A stretch of 64,000 nt of DNA, taken from Mytilus edulis (Eukaryota). The stretch spans positions 7,874,001 through 7,938,000 of the forward strand of contig NC_092351.1 in NCBI RefSeq assembly GCF_963676685.1, given 5' to 3'. This document shows, one piece after another, positions 51,676-64,000 of the stretch (positions within the stretch are counted from its first letter, which is position 1; each line of letters begins with the position of its first letter). The notes beneath the pieces are model-generated. The model was not told where the DNA came from. It saw only the letters and a list, made by a program, of their open reading frames with translations, and ran no database searches. Position numbers and translations under genes: made by a program.

Positions 51676-52711
51676 GTTTCGTCCCCGAGGGTATCACCAG
51701 CCCAGTAGTTAACACTTCGGTGTTGACATGAATATCAATAATGTGGTCATTTTTATAAATTTCCTGTTTACAAAACTTTGAATTTTTCGTAAAACTAAGG
51801 ATTTTCTTATCCAAGGCATAGATTACCTTAGCCGTATTTGGCACAACTTTTTGGAATTTTGAATCCTTAATGCTCTTCAACTTTGTATTTGTTTGCATTT
51901 ATAAATATTTTGATATGAGCGTCACTGATGAGTCTTACGTAGACGAAACACGCGTCTGGCGCACTTTATTATAATCCTGGTACTTTTGATAACTATTTAC
52001 ACCACTGGGTCGATGCCACTGCTGGTGGACGTTTCGTCCCCGAGGGTATCACCAGCCCAATAGTTAACACTTCGGTGTTGATATGAATATCAATAATGTG
52101 GTCATTTTTTTTTAAATTTCCTGTTTACAAAACTTTGAATTTTTCGTAAAACTAAGGATTTTCTTATCCCAGGCATAGGTTACCTTAGCCGTATTTGGCA
52201 CAACTTTTTGGAATTTTGGATCCTTAATGCTCTTCAACTTTGTACTTGTTTGTCTTTATAAATAATTTGATATGAGCGTCACTGATAAGTCTTATGTAGA
52301 CGAAACGCGCGTCTGGCGTACTAAATTATAATCCTGGTACTTTTGATAACTATTTACACCACTGGGTCGATGCCACTGCTGATGAACGTTTCGTCCCCGA
52401 GGGTATCACCAGCCCAGTAGTTAACACTTCGGTGTTGACATGAATATCAATAATGTGGTCATTTTTATAAATTTCCTGTTTACAAAACTTTAATTTTTTT
52501 CGTAAAACTAAGGATTTTCTTATCCCAGGCATAGATTACCTTAGCCGAATTTGGCACAACCTTTTTGGAATTTTGGATCCTTAATGCTCTTCAACTTTGT
52601 ACTTGTTTGGCTTTATAAATATTTTTAAATGAGCGTCACTGATGAGTCTTGTGTAGACGAAACGCGCGTCTGGCGTACTAAATTATAATCCTGGTACTTT
52701 TGATAACTATT
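51676..52711 (+). ncRNA. Retrozyme family A: tandem array of ~355-nt units with three type I hammerhead ribozymes
   Basis: Unit periods 355 and 357 nt. Cores at 51925, 52282 (CTGATAA variant) and 52639 read GCGTCA-CTGATGA-GTCT(n5)AGAC-GAAAC-GCGC-GTC^TGGCG. Predicted cleavage after 51956, 52313 and 52670. Confidence 0.93.
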
Positions 52712-53132
52712 ATTACATCATCCTGTAAGTACTTGGACCACCAGGTCAGGAAAACTTCAAAAACTCTATAGTTTTGTATATTAACATGTACGACAGGTGG
52801 AAAATTTGACAGTTTTCTAATAGATAGTAATAATATGATGTCATAAACATGTTATTACCTCATCTTGTAGAAACCCTAAAACAAAAAAACCCATAGTAAT
52901 ATACTTAATACTTACGTATCTGGGATTCAGAAACAAGCGCATGTGCATTTACAAATATGTCTCCTCTTTAGATATAAGAATAAGTGGTATGAGTTCCAAT
53001 GAGACAACTCTCCATTCCAGTCACAATATGTAAAAGTTAACAATTATAGATTAAAGTACGGTCTTCAACATGGAGCTTTTGCTCACATCGAACAGCAAGC
53101 TACAAAAGGCCCCAAAAATTACTAGTGTAATA

Positions 53133-53311
53133 AAAATTAACGGTACAAATTTTCTTTCACCAGATGCGCATTTCGACAATACATGTCTCTCTGGTGATGC
53201 TAGTGACCAAAATATTTGAAATCCAAAGCTTATATAAAAGATGAAGAGCTATAACCCAAAAGGTCCAAAAAGTATAGTCAAATCCGTGAAAGGAATCAGA
53301 GCTATGCATGA
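53133..53311 (-). mobile_element. Retrozyme family B partial copy (core mutated) nested in a SINE-like repeat
   Basis: Reverse complement of 14792-14970. The core reads CCAGAGA instead of CTGAAGA. Confidence 0.8.
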
Positions 53312-54456
53312 TAACCATTCAAACGGGTATAAAACACGAAAAACGAGATACATTGATGAACCACATCAACCAACAAACGACAGTTACTGAACATCAGGTT
53401 CCTAGTACACAAATACTAGTAATATAGTTATTGAGAATACCATAACATAAATATTGGCATGATCTGCAAAAAAGATAAAGTATGCAAAACGTGGAAAATA
53501 CAATAGGATATCGATTTTACCGAATTTCCGACAGTTTATCAGACTGATGATATTAGTAATGCTAATGTTAACTATGTCTGATTAATCGTGCAAGAGTGCT
53601 AACAAAAACAGTACTCGATTATAATTAGCATTGTGCTTTTTACTGGGTTTTTGTTTGTTCCTATATCATATAAATATTCACTAATGATTAAAGAGGCATA
53701 AGCTGTCAAATTCATTTTAACCGATTTGACTTATATTCTCATTTGCCCGATAATATGTGTCAGTATTTTATGTGTGTTTTCGTCTAGATGCCATCTGATA
53801 AAATATCGAGTTGACCTCCGAAGACAATCACAGTTAATCTTATATAAACATTAATATAGATAAAAATATATAGCAAACTCGTACAATAGGCCTGATTGAT
53901 TTCACATTATAGGTTATAAATATATGTTATTCATCGTTTTCACCTGCATAAGAATGAGTTTTTGTGGATTAAATTAATCAAGCAAACGGTTTATTCTTCA
54001 ATGTCGACATTCTTTTCCTTCTAATAACTTAATTTACATGCCTAATTTATGCGTAATCCATTGCTAGCTAAGGGGTTAAATTAAAGTCACATGAAAACGG
54101 AGTCAATGAGGTCGATTTTTTCATTTGTAAGTGAATAATTCTTCATCCATGTTTCTGGCTGTGAAAAGCAAATTTTATTTCACTAAAAAACATAAACTAG
54201 TGGTTTTTTTTTAAATATTTTGGTCTCTTGTGGACAGTTGTCTCATTAGCAATCATACCACATCTTCTTTATATATAAATAAGATGGTGTCCTCCATCCA
54301 TATGGAATCAATAGAAAGAAATAATTAAATTTACAGTCTAGTGTTTATATTATGATATTCAGGATTTTGGATTAAAATCAATCGACCAAAACTCAACTGT
54401 ATCATTACTGATCTATGTTTACACCTTATACATTATATATCAGTATTGTTAAAACT

Positions 54457-54501
54457 TTTGACACCGAAGAAGGCCATTTGTTGAGCCGAAATCTTTGCAA
54501 T
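54457..54501 (+). ncRNA. Minimal hammerhead relic in the 5' pseudo-LTR (sister at 57641-57685)
   Basis: TTGACA-C[C/A]GAAGA-AGGC(catttgttga)GCC-GAA[A/C]...TGCAA. Both copies deviate from CTGAAGA at the conserved U. Confidence 0.55.
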
Positions 54502-54779
54502 TGTTGTATAATTTATATCATCAGTTTAGTTTTTCCATCTTTGTGCAATGATATTCAACACTTTTTAGTGTTTTGTTTTCCATCTATTTATCGGTATTGT
54601 TACACAATCTTTTAGACTCATATAATGTTTCCTGTTTGTGTAGTTTTGTCAATGTTGATGATCCAATACCTATTAAGTTTACTGGTTGGTAGATTCTTAT
54701 AGACTCTATATTATTTTTGGGCTACCTGCATTGTGTTTTTCACGATCCCAGCAGACTTATATTCCAACTGTGTACAAAA

Positions 54780-57508
54780 TGAATTATGATCACTATTTCA
54801 AACAAATCACTATTTCAAACAACTAAGGATCACTAAACAACAAGAATTTAGTACTAGACACCATCTTTCTAATTACTGTCATTATATTGACAATAATGTT
54901 ATTCCCAGTGGCTTATGTATTAAAGCACTGCCTCAAACTACCGGCAACCTGTATGATACATTTCTACGTAGGTGGGATCAAACCCTATTTCACTGTTCCC
55001 TCCGTCTACTCATACTCCTTAGAGAACACTGTATTGAACATCTAAAAAACTTAACACTTCAATTTTACTCCTTGTCTCACGCTTGCAAAAAAGATCTAAC
55101 AGCAAGCGAATTCGAGAACATCCAAGAGCGCCTGAGAGATATAACCAACACTAAGACCGCCACTCTCCGCTCCAGACAAAGATGCAAATTTCAACGGGAT
55201 GGTACTTCTTTCCCATCCATTAGTACAAAAGAAAAAAAATAATAAAGCCAAAAATAGACATTTCAGACGTAGACCTCAAGTCCTCAGCAACAAGATCAAT
55301 ACCGTTGTTAATCTCTCCAGCAAACAACTTACTGAGGACGAAACTTCATAACTGCCTAGAGCCTTAAACTTTTGTCCAGTCCCAGGTCCAGTGAATCATA
55401 CTAAATTGTCTGATGAACTGGATAATTTTGCCAGGAGCCTCCGCATCAAGGAACATTTTGCATCGAAAGAGGACGATAGCACCACCTCAGATAGTGACTC
55501 TGACGACTCCAACGAGTATAGATTTAGAAAGAAAAGTAACTGGGTCCCTAAACCAAGTAAAAACACCACCTTAGAATCATTTATAGACAATGTTAAAACG
55601 GATATACTTACAAATGTAAAAATAAAAAATCAGACCTATGACAATTTAACACCTGGTGAACGTGTGGCTTTAACAAATTTGAGAGATAATGACGACATTG
55701 TTATTAAACCTGCAGACAAAGGGAGTGCAGTTGTCGTCATGGACAAATCTAACTATATGTCCAAGTGGCCATTCGCCAATTAGATGATGACCGGTTTAAC
55801 AAAAAACTTAATTCGGACCCCACCCTCCAATTCAGCCAGGAAATAACAGAATTTTTAAAGGAAATGTTTGACAATGACATCATTGATATAGATACTCTCA
55901 AATATTTAAAACCTGAAGATTTTAAACCTGGGCGATTCTACCTGCTCCCTAAAATTCATAAACTTTGTAACCCAGGAAGACCAATCGTCTCAGCTAATGG
56001 TCATCCCACCGAAAAGATATCCGAATTCGTTGATTACTATCTTCGACCACATGTAGAAAACTTGCCATCTTTTATAAAAGATTCTACAGATTACCTACTA
56101 AAAATGCTGGATTTAAACCCTCTACCTGCCAATACTACTCTTGTCACAATGGATGTCACCTCCCTCTATACGAATATTCCCCATGCGGATGGTATTGAAG
56201 CATGTAGAGAAGTTTGAAACGCTCGATCTCTTAAAATTCCACCGACTGATTGCTTAGTAGAAATGCTTTCTATGGTTTTGAAAAAGAACAACTTCACATT
56301 CCAAGGTGAACACTATTTACAGACAAATGGCACTGCTATGGGTACAAAAATGGCTCCATCTTATGCCAATATATTCATGGGTAAAGTTGAAAAGCAACTA
56401 CTGGAGTGCTCCATCGAAAAATCGCTTTCCTGGTATCGATTCATTGATGACGTTGACATGACATGGGACAAGGGAGACCAAGAATTACAAACTTTTATAA
56501 CATATGCTAACAATCAACACCCTACCATCAAATTCACCCATGAAACATCTAATTCCACCATAAACTTCCTTGATTCATCTAGCACCCTCTCTGTAGGTAT
56601 TATTATCACAGATATATACTCTAAACCTACAGATACTCATCAATACTTGTCGCCTGAAAGTTGCCATCATCCACACTGCACGAAGAGCATTTCATACAGC
56701 CAAGCTCTCAGAATAAGGCGAATCTGCTCCTCTGAAGACACTGCAAAACAACGTATGGGGCAGCTCAAAGGACATTTGAAAAGAAGGGGATATAAACACA
56801 AAGACTTCAAAAATAGTTTTCTAAAAGCGGAATCCATCCCCAGAAGCAGTCTGCTAACTTACAAAGAAAAACAGAAAAGTAAAAGAATTCCATGTGTGCT
56901 CACTTACCATCCATGCCTGAGAAATAGTTTCAAGACCATTCTTGATCATTGGACAGCAATCGATAAAACATTCTAAGTTATCCAAAATCTTTCCTGAGCC
57001 TCCCATGATTGCCTTCAAACAACCTAACAGCCTGAGAAATATACTTATCCGTGCTGACCTTTCCAAACCTAATCATACTGTAGGTAATTGCCAGCCTTGT
57101 GGGGATAAGCGCTGCAAATGTTGCAACCAATTGCAGCATTCATCAACATTTCACAGTAAGACCACAGAAAAGACATACAAGATCTTCTGCAATGTCAACT
57201 GCAAAAGCTCAAACGTGATTTACGTTCTTGAGTGTCCTAGATGTGGTCTCCAATGTGTTGGTGTATCTATGGAGCCATTTCACAAACGCCTTAATGGCCA
57301 CAGGAGTGACATCACAACAAAACAGTATATACCTGTCAGCCAACACTTCAGGTTACTAGATCACAATCTGAAAGATTTTGATCACATGAAGATCCTTGTG
57401 ATCGAACAGGATTGTACATGGCAAAATAAGCAAAGAGAGAATCGGGAGAAGTTTTGGATAAAAACACTTGGTGTCCTACATCCATATGGAATCAATAGAA
57501 AGAAATAA
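54780..57508 (+). pseudogene. Disrupted PLE polyprotein: RT plus Cys-rich linker plus GIY-YIG endonuclease
   Basis: Motifs [76 protein letters not shown]...CVG, R.NGH, HF and REKFWI..L....P.GIN. Frameshifts and a TGA at 56215. Confidence 0.92.
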
Positions 57509-59019
57509 TTAAATTTACAGTCTAGTGTTTATATTATGATATTCAGGATTTTGGATTAAAATCAATCGACCAAAACTCACCTGTATTATTACTGATCTAT
57601 GTTTACACCTTATACATTATATATCAGTATTGTTAAAACTTTTGACACAGAAGAAGGCCATTTGTTGAGCCGAACAATTTGCAATTATTGTATAATTTAT
57701 ATCATCTGTTCAGTTTTTTCGATCTTTGTGCGATGATATTCAACACTTTTTAGGGTTTTGTTTCCCATCTATTTATCGGTATTGTTACACAATCTTTTAG
57801 ACTCATATAAATATATAGCATAGTTTCATTATTCAATTAACGGTTATAATCTGCCTTGGATAAAACATGTTATTTCAATTCTAAACCAATGCAGACTGAT
57901 ACTTACACCTACAGATGTAGAATGAAGATAAGTGTCTACCATATTAAGCTTTAAACAACCGCCCACTGATCAGTTTAGATAAATATGGTATGCGATAATC
58001 GGGAATCTCCGAAATATATAAAATACATGAAATGTTTTTAAAGATGATTTGGATTTTGATAATTATTTTTATATTCTGGGAGATATAGAGATTTCAAAAT
58101 TTTAAGATTCATGTTGTTTGTTATCTCTACATGCTTTATCTATATTATTGATACAACATGTTTATTTTGTCATTTGTATATAATGCTATCAAATGTGACC
58201 TTATGTTTCAAATGTATCTGTGTGTTAATGTTCAAATAAAATCTCTGAAACCAATCCAGAAACAAGATATTGTTATAAATTCTGAGATTAGAATTTCCGT
58301 TGAAACTATAATATCAAGTTTATGAAATGGAAAATAATCAATTCGTTCTTAAAGATCAGTTCAAATGTATAGAGTACAATGTATATTGTGAACAATTTGA
58401 AACATCCGTTATATCATCTGCAATTAATGGTGAAATACATATCACACGTTTATCTGATATGCCATAATAACAAAGAGAAAATCATTGTTAAATCGGCATT
58501 GGTCGTCTTATATACTTTATCCTCTAAACTCAATTAACAAAGGTACAGAGACAGAAAAACACAATAATTCAATATGCAATGCTTTATATGATACATGGAG
58601 TACATATTATACATATGTACAAAAGACAAAAGAAAAAAAATAAACTAAAAAAAAGTTAAATCTCCAGATATTCGATATCTATAAAAATTACAAGATAAAA
58701 AAAGGTACATAATGAAAAATTAAGTAACTAGGGGGACTTACTTTTGATTTTTTTTTCACAATTTTTTTAACTTTGAAATCCTTTTTGTATTAAACAGTGA
58801 AATTTATCAATTTTTAGTCTCATGTAATAACATGAAGGAAGGACATTTTTCTTTTCAATTTTTATAGCAGGGTATATATATCATGTACTCATTTAGTTTT
58901 TATAGCATGAAATTCTCCTATTCAACAAAAATTCTCCTATTTAACAACATATTGACAATAAATTAATGAAAAGCCGATCTACCCTGTCTGTTAACATGAC
59001 AAATGTTTCCATGTTATAG

Positions 59020-59415
59020 TTAATAGTTATCAAAAGTACCAGGATTATAATTTCATACGCCAGACGCGCGTTTCGTCTACATAAGACTCATCAGTGACGC
59101 TCACATCAAAATAGTTAAAAAGCCAAATAAATACAAAGTTGAAGAGCATTGAGGATCCAAAATTCCAAAAAGTTGTGCCAAATACGGCTAAGGTAATCTA
59201 CTCCTGGGGTAAGAAAATCCTTAGTTTTTCGAAAAATTCAAAGTTTTGTAAACAGGAAATTTATAAAATGACCATATAATTGATATTCATGTCAACACCG
59301 AAGTGCTGACTACTGGGCTGGTGATACCCTCGGGGACGAAACGTCCACCAGCAGTGGCATCGACCCAGTGGTGTAAATAGTTATCAAAAGTACCAGGATT
59401 ATAATTTCATACGCC
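59020..59415 (-). ncRNA. Retrozyme family A young insertion: one full unit plus a 40-nt terminal redundancy, intact hammerhead at 59056-59101
   Basis: AATAGTTATCAAAAGTACCAGGATTATAATTTCATACGCCA occurs at both ends. The insert is absent from the paralogous site at ~49453. Confidence 0.92.
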
Positions 59416-61419
59416 ACACCATGGGTGCCACTTAAAGCATTATCTCTAACATACTCTCTGTAGCATAAGTTTTCATTGTTTATGTTTTGGTTTGTCTTGT
59501 TCGATTGTTGTGAAATGTTGTGCACTATTTATTGTCTGTTATTACTATTTTTGCAATTCATTGTTCTATTTATGATTTTTTAAATTGTCTGCTTGTTTTC
59601 ATTTTCACCTCATTTTCCTTAATAACTTTTCTAAACTCATACAGTGGCCTTCCAAGGAACTTTCAATTGTTGCTTATAATAACCTGGGTAAATGAAGTAA
59701 AATAATACAATGTAATACTGTAGATATGATTTGTATTGGTATCCTTTGTTTAAAAGTAGAGAGTATACATAACAATAGTGCAGATAAAAAAAGGAAAATG
59801 TCACACATATAGATGTTTTTCAAATACATTGAAAAGACATGTTATTTTTTTTCCATGTATTATTTTGTTTGTCATTTATATCATAATCTCCAGTTTGTAG
59901 GCTATTCATAATTAACATTGACATATCTCAATACTTCATAACAGTTTGACAAACAAAATTGTTCCTACTAACTCTAAAATGTTTTTTCTATACCTATAAC
60001 AAATAAAATGCTATGTTTTTTTCTAAAATTTTGTCCACCAGTTTGTTGGTTACATAAAAATACAATCAATATCCAGTTTACAATTTAATTTTAGCATTTA
60101 GGTATTTAAATCTTTCCAATATAGGATATCTTTAAAAAGAAAATGTTTTATACTTCACACATCATTAAGTTCCAAATCTTAGTATTGTTATGAGAAAAAA
60201 CATTTGATCTTAGGAATATATGATGATATAAAACTCAATATATTGTTTGCTGTCAATAAATTTGTGTTACAGCTTTGAGGCATTATCACTGTGACTGGGG
60301 TATAGAAATATGGTCACTTGGTCTTCTCCCGACCGGCAGGGAAGGGCATTAGCTGTCAAATCGATGTTTATAGCTGTCAAATCGATGTTCATCGATTTGA
60401 TTAGAATTTTCATGTTTAAATTATAAGATACTTAAACGTATATCCAAAAAAACAAAACGTAAAAGACATACAATACACAAAGCATGGACTGAATATTATT
60501 ATCAGCATTTCGTATGTATTTAATCTATACTGATTAGCCTCCGCAGACTGCCAATGGATCATATAACCCGATAAAAGATAAAGAGATAGCGAGGAGGTGC
60601 TTTAACGGTCTGTTTGATTTTATACTATGAGTGGAAAAAGTGGCAATCATTGTTTTTACCTGTATAAGAAGGATATTTTGTAGATCGAATCACTCTGCAA
60701 CCAAATGGTTCACCCTGGTTTCACTCACAATGTTGACATTATTTTCCTGTTAGTAGCAGCATGATTACGCCCTGTTCATGTGTAAAAGAGGGACGAAAGA
60801 TGCCAGAGGGACTGTCAAACTCATAGACAGAAAATAAACTGACAACGCCATGGCTTAAAATAAAAAGTCAAACAGACAAATAATAGTACAGAAGACAAAA
60901 CATAGACAAAGCAACATGAACCCCATATGATCTCAGGTGCTCCGAAAAGGTAAGCAGATCCTGTAAACCATTTATAGGTTAGTGGTTGAATTAAAGGTCA
61001 CATGAATACGGATTCAATAAGGTTAAATTATTTACTTGGATGCAGTTTTTGAGCTTATTTTGACAAAGTTTTGCCAAACTGACATGACTGTTTTTTCATT
61101 TTGTGGTTTATTTTATCAAATCTATAGAATTGCATGAACATTATTGCACAGGAAATGCTGATACATATTATCAAGCCCATGCATTGTTCCTTGTCAAGTG
61201 ATTAAACAATCATGTCAATTTTTGATATATGCTTACCTGCGTTTATTTTAAACAACCACAATGTAAATATTGAAAGTTGACATTAAGCATTGCTTAAAAC
61301 ATCTTGTTTACTTATTGTTTGCTTATATGTGGAGAATGAGTAACATTGCATAAATACTGAACTCCGAGGAAAATTCAAAACGGAGAGTCCCTAATTAAAT
61401 GTCAAAATCAAAAGCTCAA

Positions 61420-61740
61420 TCCCCGAGGGTATCACCAGCCCAGTATTCAGCACTTCTGTGTTGACTTTAGTTATCATTGATATGTTCATAATAATAAATT
61501 AACTGTTACCAAAACTTTGAATTTTTGAAATACTAAGGCTTTTCAACATCAGGAATAGATTACCTTAGCTGTATTTGGCAAAACGTTTAGGAATTTTTGG
61601 TCCTAAATGCTCTTCAACTTCGTACTTTATTTGGCCTATTAAACATTTTTTTTTATTCAAGCGTAACTGATGAGTCTTTTGTAGATGAAACACGAGTATA
61701 GCGTACATATACAATTTTAATCCTGGTATCTATAATGAGT
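61420..61740 (+). mobile_element. Retrozyme family A decayed copy (paralog of 48384-48637)
   Basis: Starts TCCCCGAGGGTATCACC. Hammerhead-like CTGATGAGTCT..AGATGAAAC at ~61667-61692. Confidence 0.8.
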
Positions 61741-62210
61741 TTATTTATTCACATCTAAAAACGAATGGATTACAATTGTAAGACCAATCCAATAATGACC
61801 AATTATGTCAATTCATGATGAAATCATTGTACTAATCGCCATATTTGACGCTGTGTAAATATGGTGGGAACTTGCGGAAATGTCAACAAACTGGATCCTC
61901 CATTAGAACTAATTTCAATCAATTTTGAGTACTCCATCGTCGGTTAAAGACCAATCCAATTTATACCAAAGCTGGTATAAAAAGAATATACAATCAAAAA
62001 TAATCAACTGAAAATCATTTAGAATCTCCAGCCTAAAATACCTACACAGTACTATGCTTTTATCAAATAACAGATCCTTATCTATTTTTGAGAATATAGT
62101 GGCATCAAGTTTTGAATTTAGTCACGTTCAGTGCAAGTTTGAGTTTGTTGATGTTTTTCCCTCGGTTTTGTTTTCTCTTAATCGATTTATGACTATTGAA
62201 CTGCTATATA

Positions 62211-64000
62211 TAGTGGGAGATATTATGGACATAATTGTGCAAATCGTGATACAAGCATGAAATTTGGTATAAAGGTTGACTAATTGATACTTATAAAAAA
62301 TCCGCTGCTGGCCTAAAAAAAAAATATTTCAAGATGGCCATCACACATTTTGTAAATGGCGTCATTACAAATTGGCAACAATTCGTTAATCCTTTGAAAG
62401 GTGTGTTATATGTAAAATCCAATGTTAGAATTGATAAAAAGTAAATGACAGTTCCTAAATTACGACTAGACAATACATCAATGAAACTAAAGGTGACTTC
62501 CGGTTTCAAAATGCTGGCAAAAAAGTTAAAAAAAAATCAAATTTTATACTTTCAAGCAACTTCACAAGGGATGTAAATCCTTGAAAGATGTGTTATAGGT
62601 ATAATCCAATATAAGTTATGATAAAACGTTTAAAACAGTTCCTAAGTACGACAAAACAGCACATAAATGAAGAAAAATAGTGATTTCCCGTTCCAAAATT
62701 GAGGCAAATACGTAAAATATATTTAAAAAAAAACACATCAATTTAACAAGTGATAACACTCTTTGTTAAGTTTAAATGCCAAGTTTTGTTTGACAGACAG
62801 GTTGCTTATCTTATAATTATCTGACAGTTGCCTAAACAATCCGTACAAGGAAGGCCAGAACGGTAGCATTTACAGTTACCAACACAGCTGGATTTTTGAC
62901 TCCGCATTCAAAATTTCCTGACACGAAGATGCAACGGCAGTCATAGAAGTCCATTTCGGTTTCCAACTGTTATTGATTCTTTCTTTCATCAAACCCCAGT
63001 GTTCATGAATTGGTACATGTACATGTCAAATACATGAATCAGGCTGAGCCCAAACACTTCTCTTTTGATGTGCTCTGAAAAAGAACCTCGTGTAGACGGA
63101 ATTGCATCACAATGCCGCTGCTTCCTGGCAAACAATTCACATCGTGCCTCGCTTCATACTTAAGCCAACAAAAACGTCCTTTACATCTTAAAAACCTTCC
63201 ATTGTTAGCCAAGCTGACTTCTTCCCTTCCCTACGACAATTCGACAAAGTGTCACATCCACTGAACGGATGGACGAAAGGAAGAGCAGCTACACAAGGAC
63301 CAAACGCATTTGATATGTCACGTAGAGGAAGCCATCAAAAGTCTTCATTCCTTCCATAACCTATCCACAATGTGTTCTACCTAGTTTCGCGATTGCAGTT
63401 ATTCTTGATACTATTACATCTGTATCAGTACTACCTAAAATAACATTTAACAACACTTTTCATAATCATGCCGAACATGAACAAACCTTCGTGTATCTGC
63501 TTCTTCATGATTACAAGGGGTAGACAGGAAGTATCCTTATTGAAATTGCAAAGAACATTTTCACCATGAGTAACATACACATTTTTATTAGTCTCTTGAG
63601 AAGCAATTTTGTCAGCAAGAAACTTGAACAATTTAGTTTCGATGTCATCTTCACAGAGAAAACTACTCCAAACCCTTGGAGTTCTACCAGAACCAACACG
63701 TTTCCATCTGACACAAAAACCTTGCATTTGTCTTGTCACAGCCTTTAAATTATTCATTTAGTAAACATCAAATACAATGTTTACTCTTGAATACTTATCA
63801 ATGCAAGATTTTATGTAGGGCAGTATGACATCATTTGCATAATCATCAAATATGTTTTCCCAACTTTGTGACCTAGAATTAACCATTGCTGCCAAACCAA
63901 CGATAAATGCGTCCGAATTTGGATCAGAAAATCGCAGAATGTTTCAAGTAAACCCATTTGCAGCACTTTAATACCACTATTTCAAGAAACATCTTGAGAT
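62211..64000 (-). mobile_element. Academ-like DNA transposon remnant (3' part of transposase/XPG-like ORF plus subterminal repeats), runs off the window
   Basis: Minus frames give KLFKFLAD..VYVTHGENV, CNHEEADTR.FVHV, DTDV, ALPFVHPFSGCDT, IPSTRGS and a C-terminal CVGNCKCYRSGLPCTDC. Repeated AATCC.TGAAAG.TGTGTTATA blocks at ~62390 and ~62577. Candidate TAG terminus at 62211. Confidence 0.65.

Larger units (their letters stand above)
54285..57810 (+). mobile_element. Penelope-like retroelement (Neptune-like), near full length, flanked by direct pseudo-LTRs 54285-54625 and 57469-57810
   Basis: ~340-bp direct repeats begin with the last ORF codons (GVLHPYGINRKK*). AT-rich flanks. Interrupts duplication block A. 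Confidence 0.93.

Overview
AT-rich eukaryotic genomic DNA. The repeat content and protein motifs suggest a bivalve, probably a Mytilus-type mussel (inference). Two host genes lie on the minus strand. One is a histamine-H3/H4-like aminergic GPCR with a single coding exon and a 19-heptad Thr/Pro/Ser C-terminal tail. The other is a multi-exon membrane-anchored C-type lectin whose first exon I could not find. The rest is nested mobile DNA. The main signal is an assemblage of RNA elements around Penelope-like retroelements (PLEs). It comprises (i) a near full-length, decayed RT+GIY-YIG PLE with pseudo-LTRs and minimal hammerhead relics; (ii) at least three families of small non-coding type I hammerhead-ribozyme repeats (retrozymes), including a ~355-nt trimer, an insertion whose 5' end is exactly the self-cleavage site, and a hammerhead-like motif on the opposite strand; (iii) three families of C-terminal-RT (Naiad-like) PLE remnants, one with a canonical type II SECIS hairpin behind its stop codon and two with a covarying ~88-nt 3' RNA structure. 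Also present are a CR1/L2-type LINE remnant, an Academ-like transposase remnant, TIR MITEs, long palindromes, minisatellites derived from TEs, and a shuffled local segmental duplication (45-50 kb vs 54-62 kb). All structures were read by eye; no folding or database search was run.
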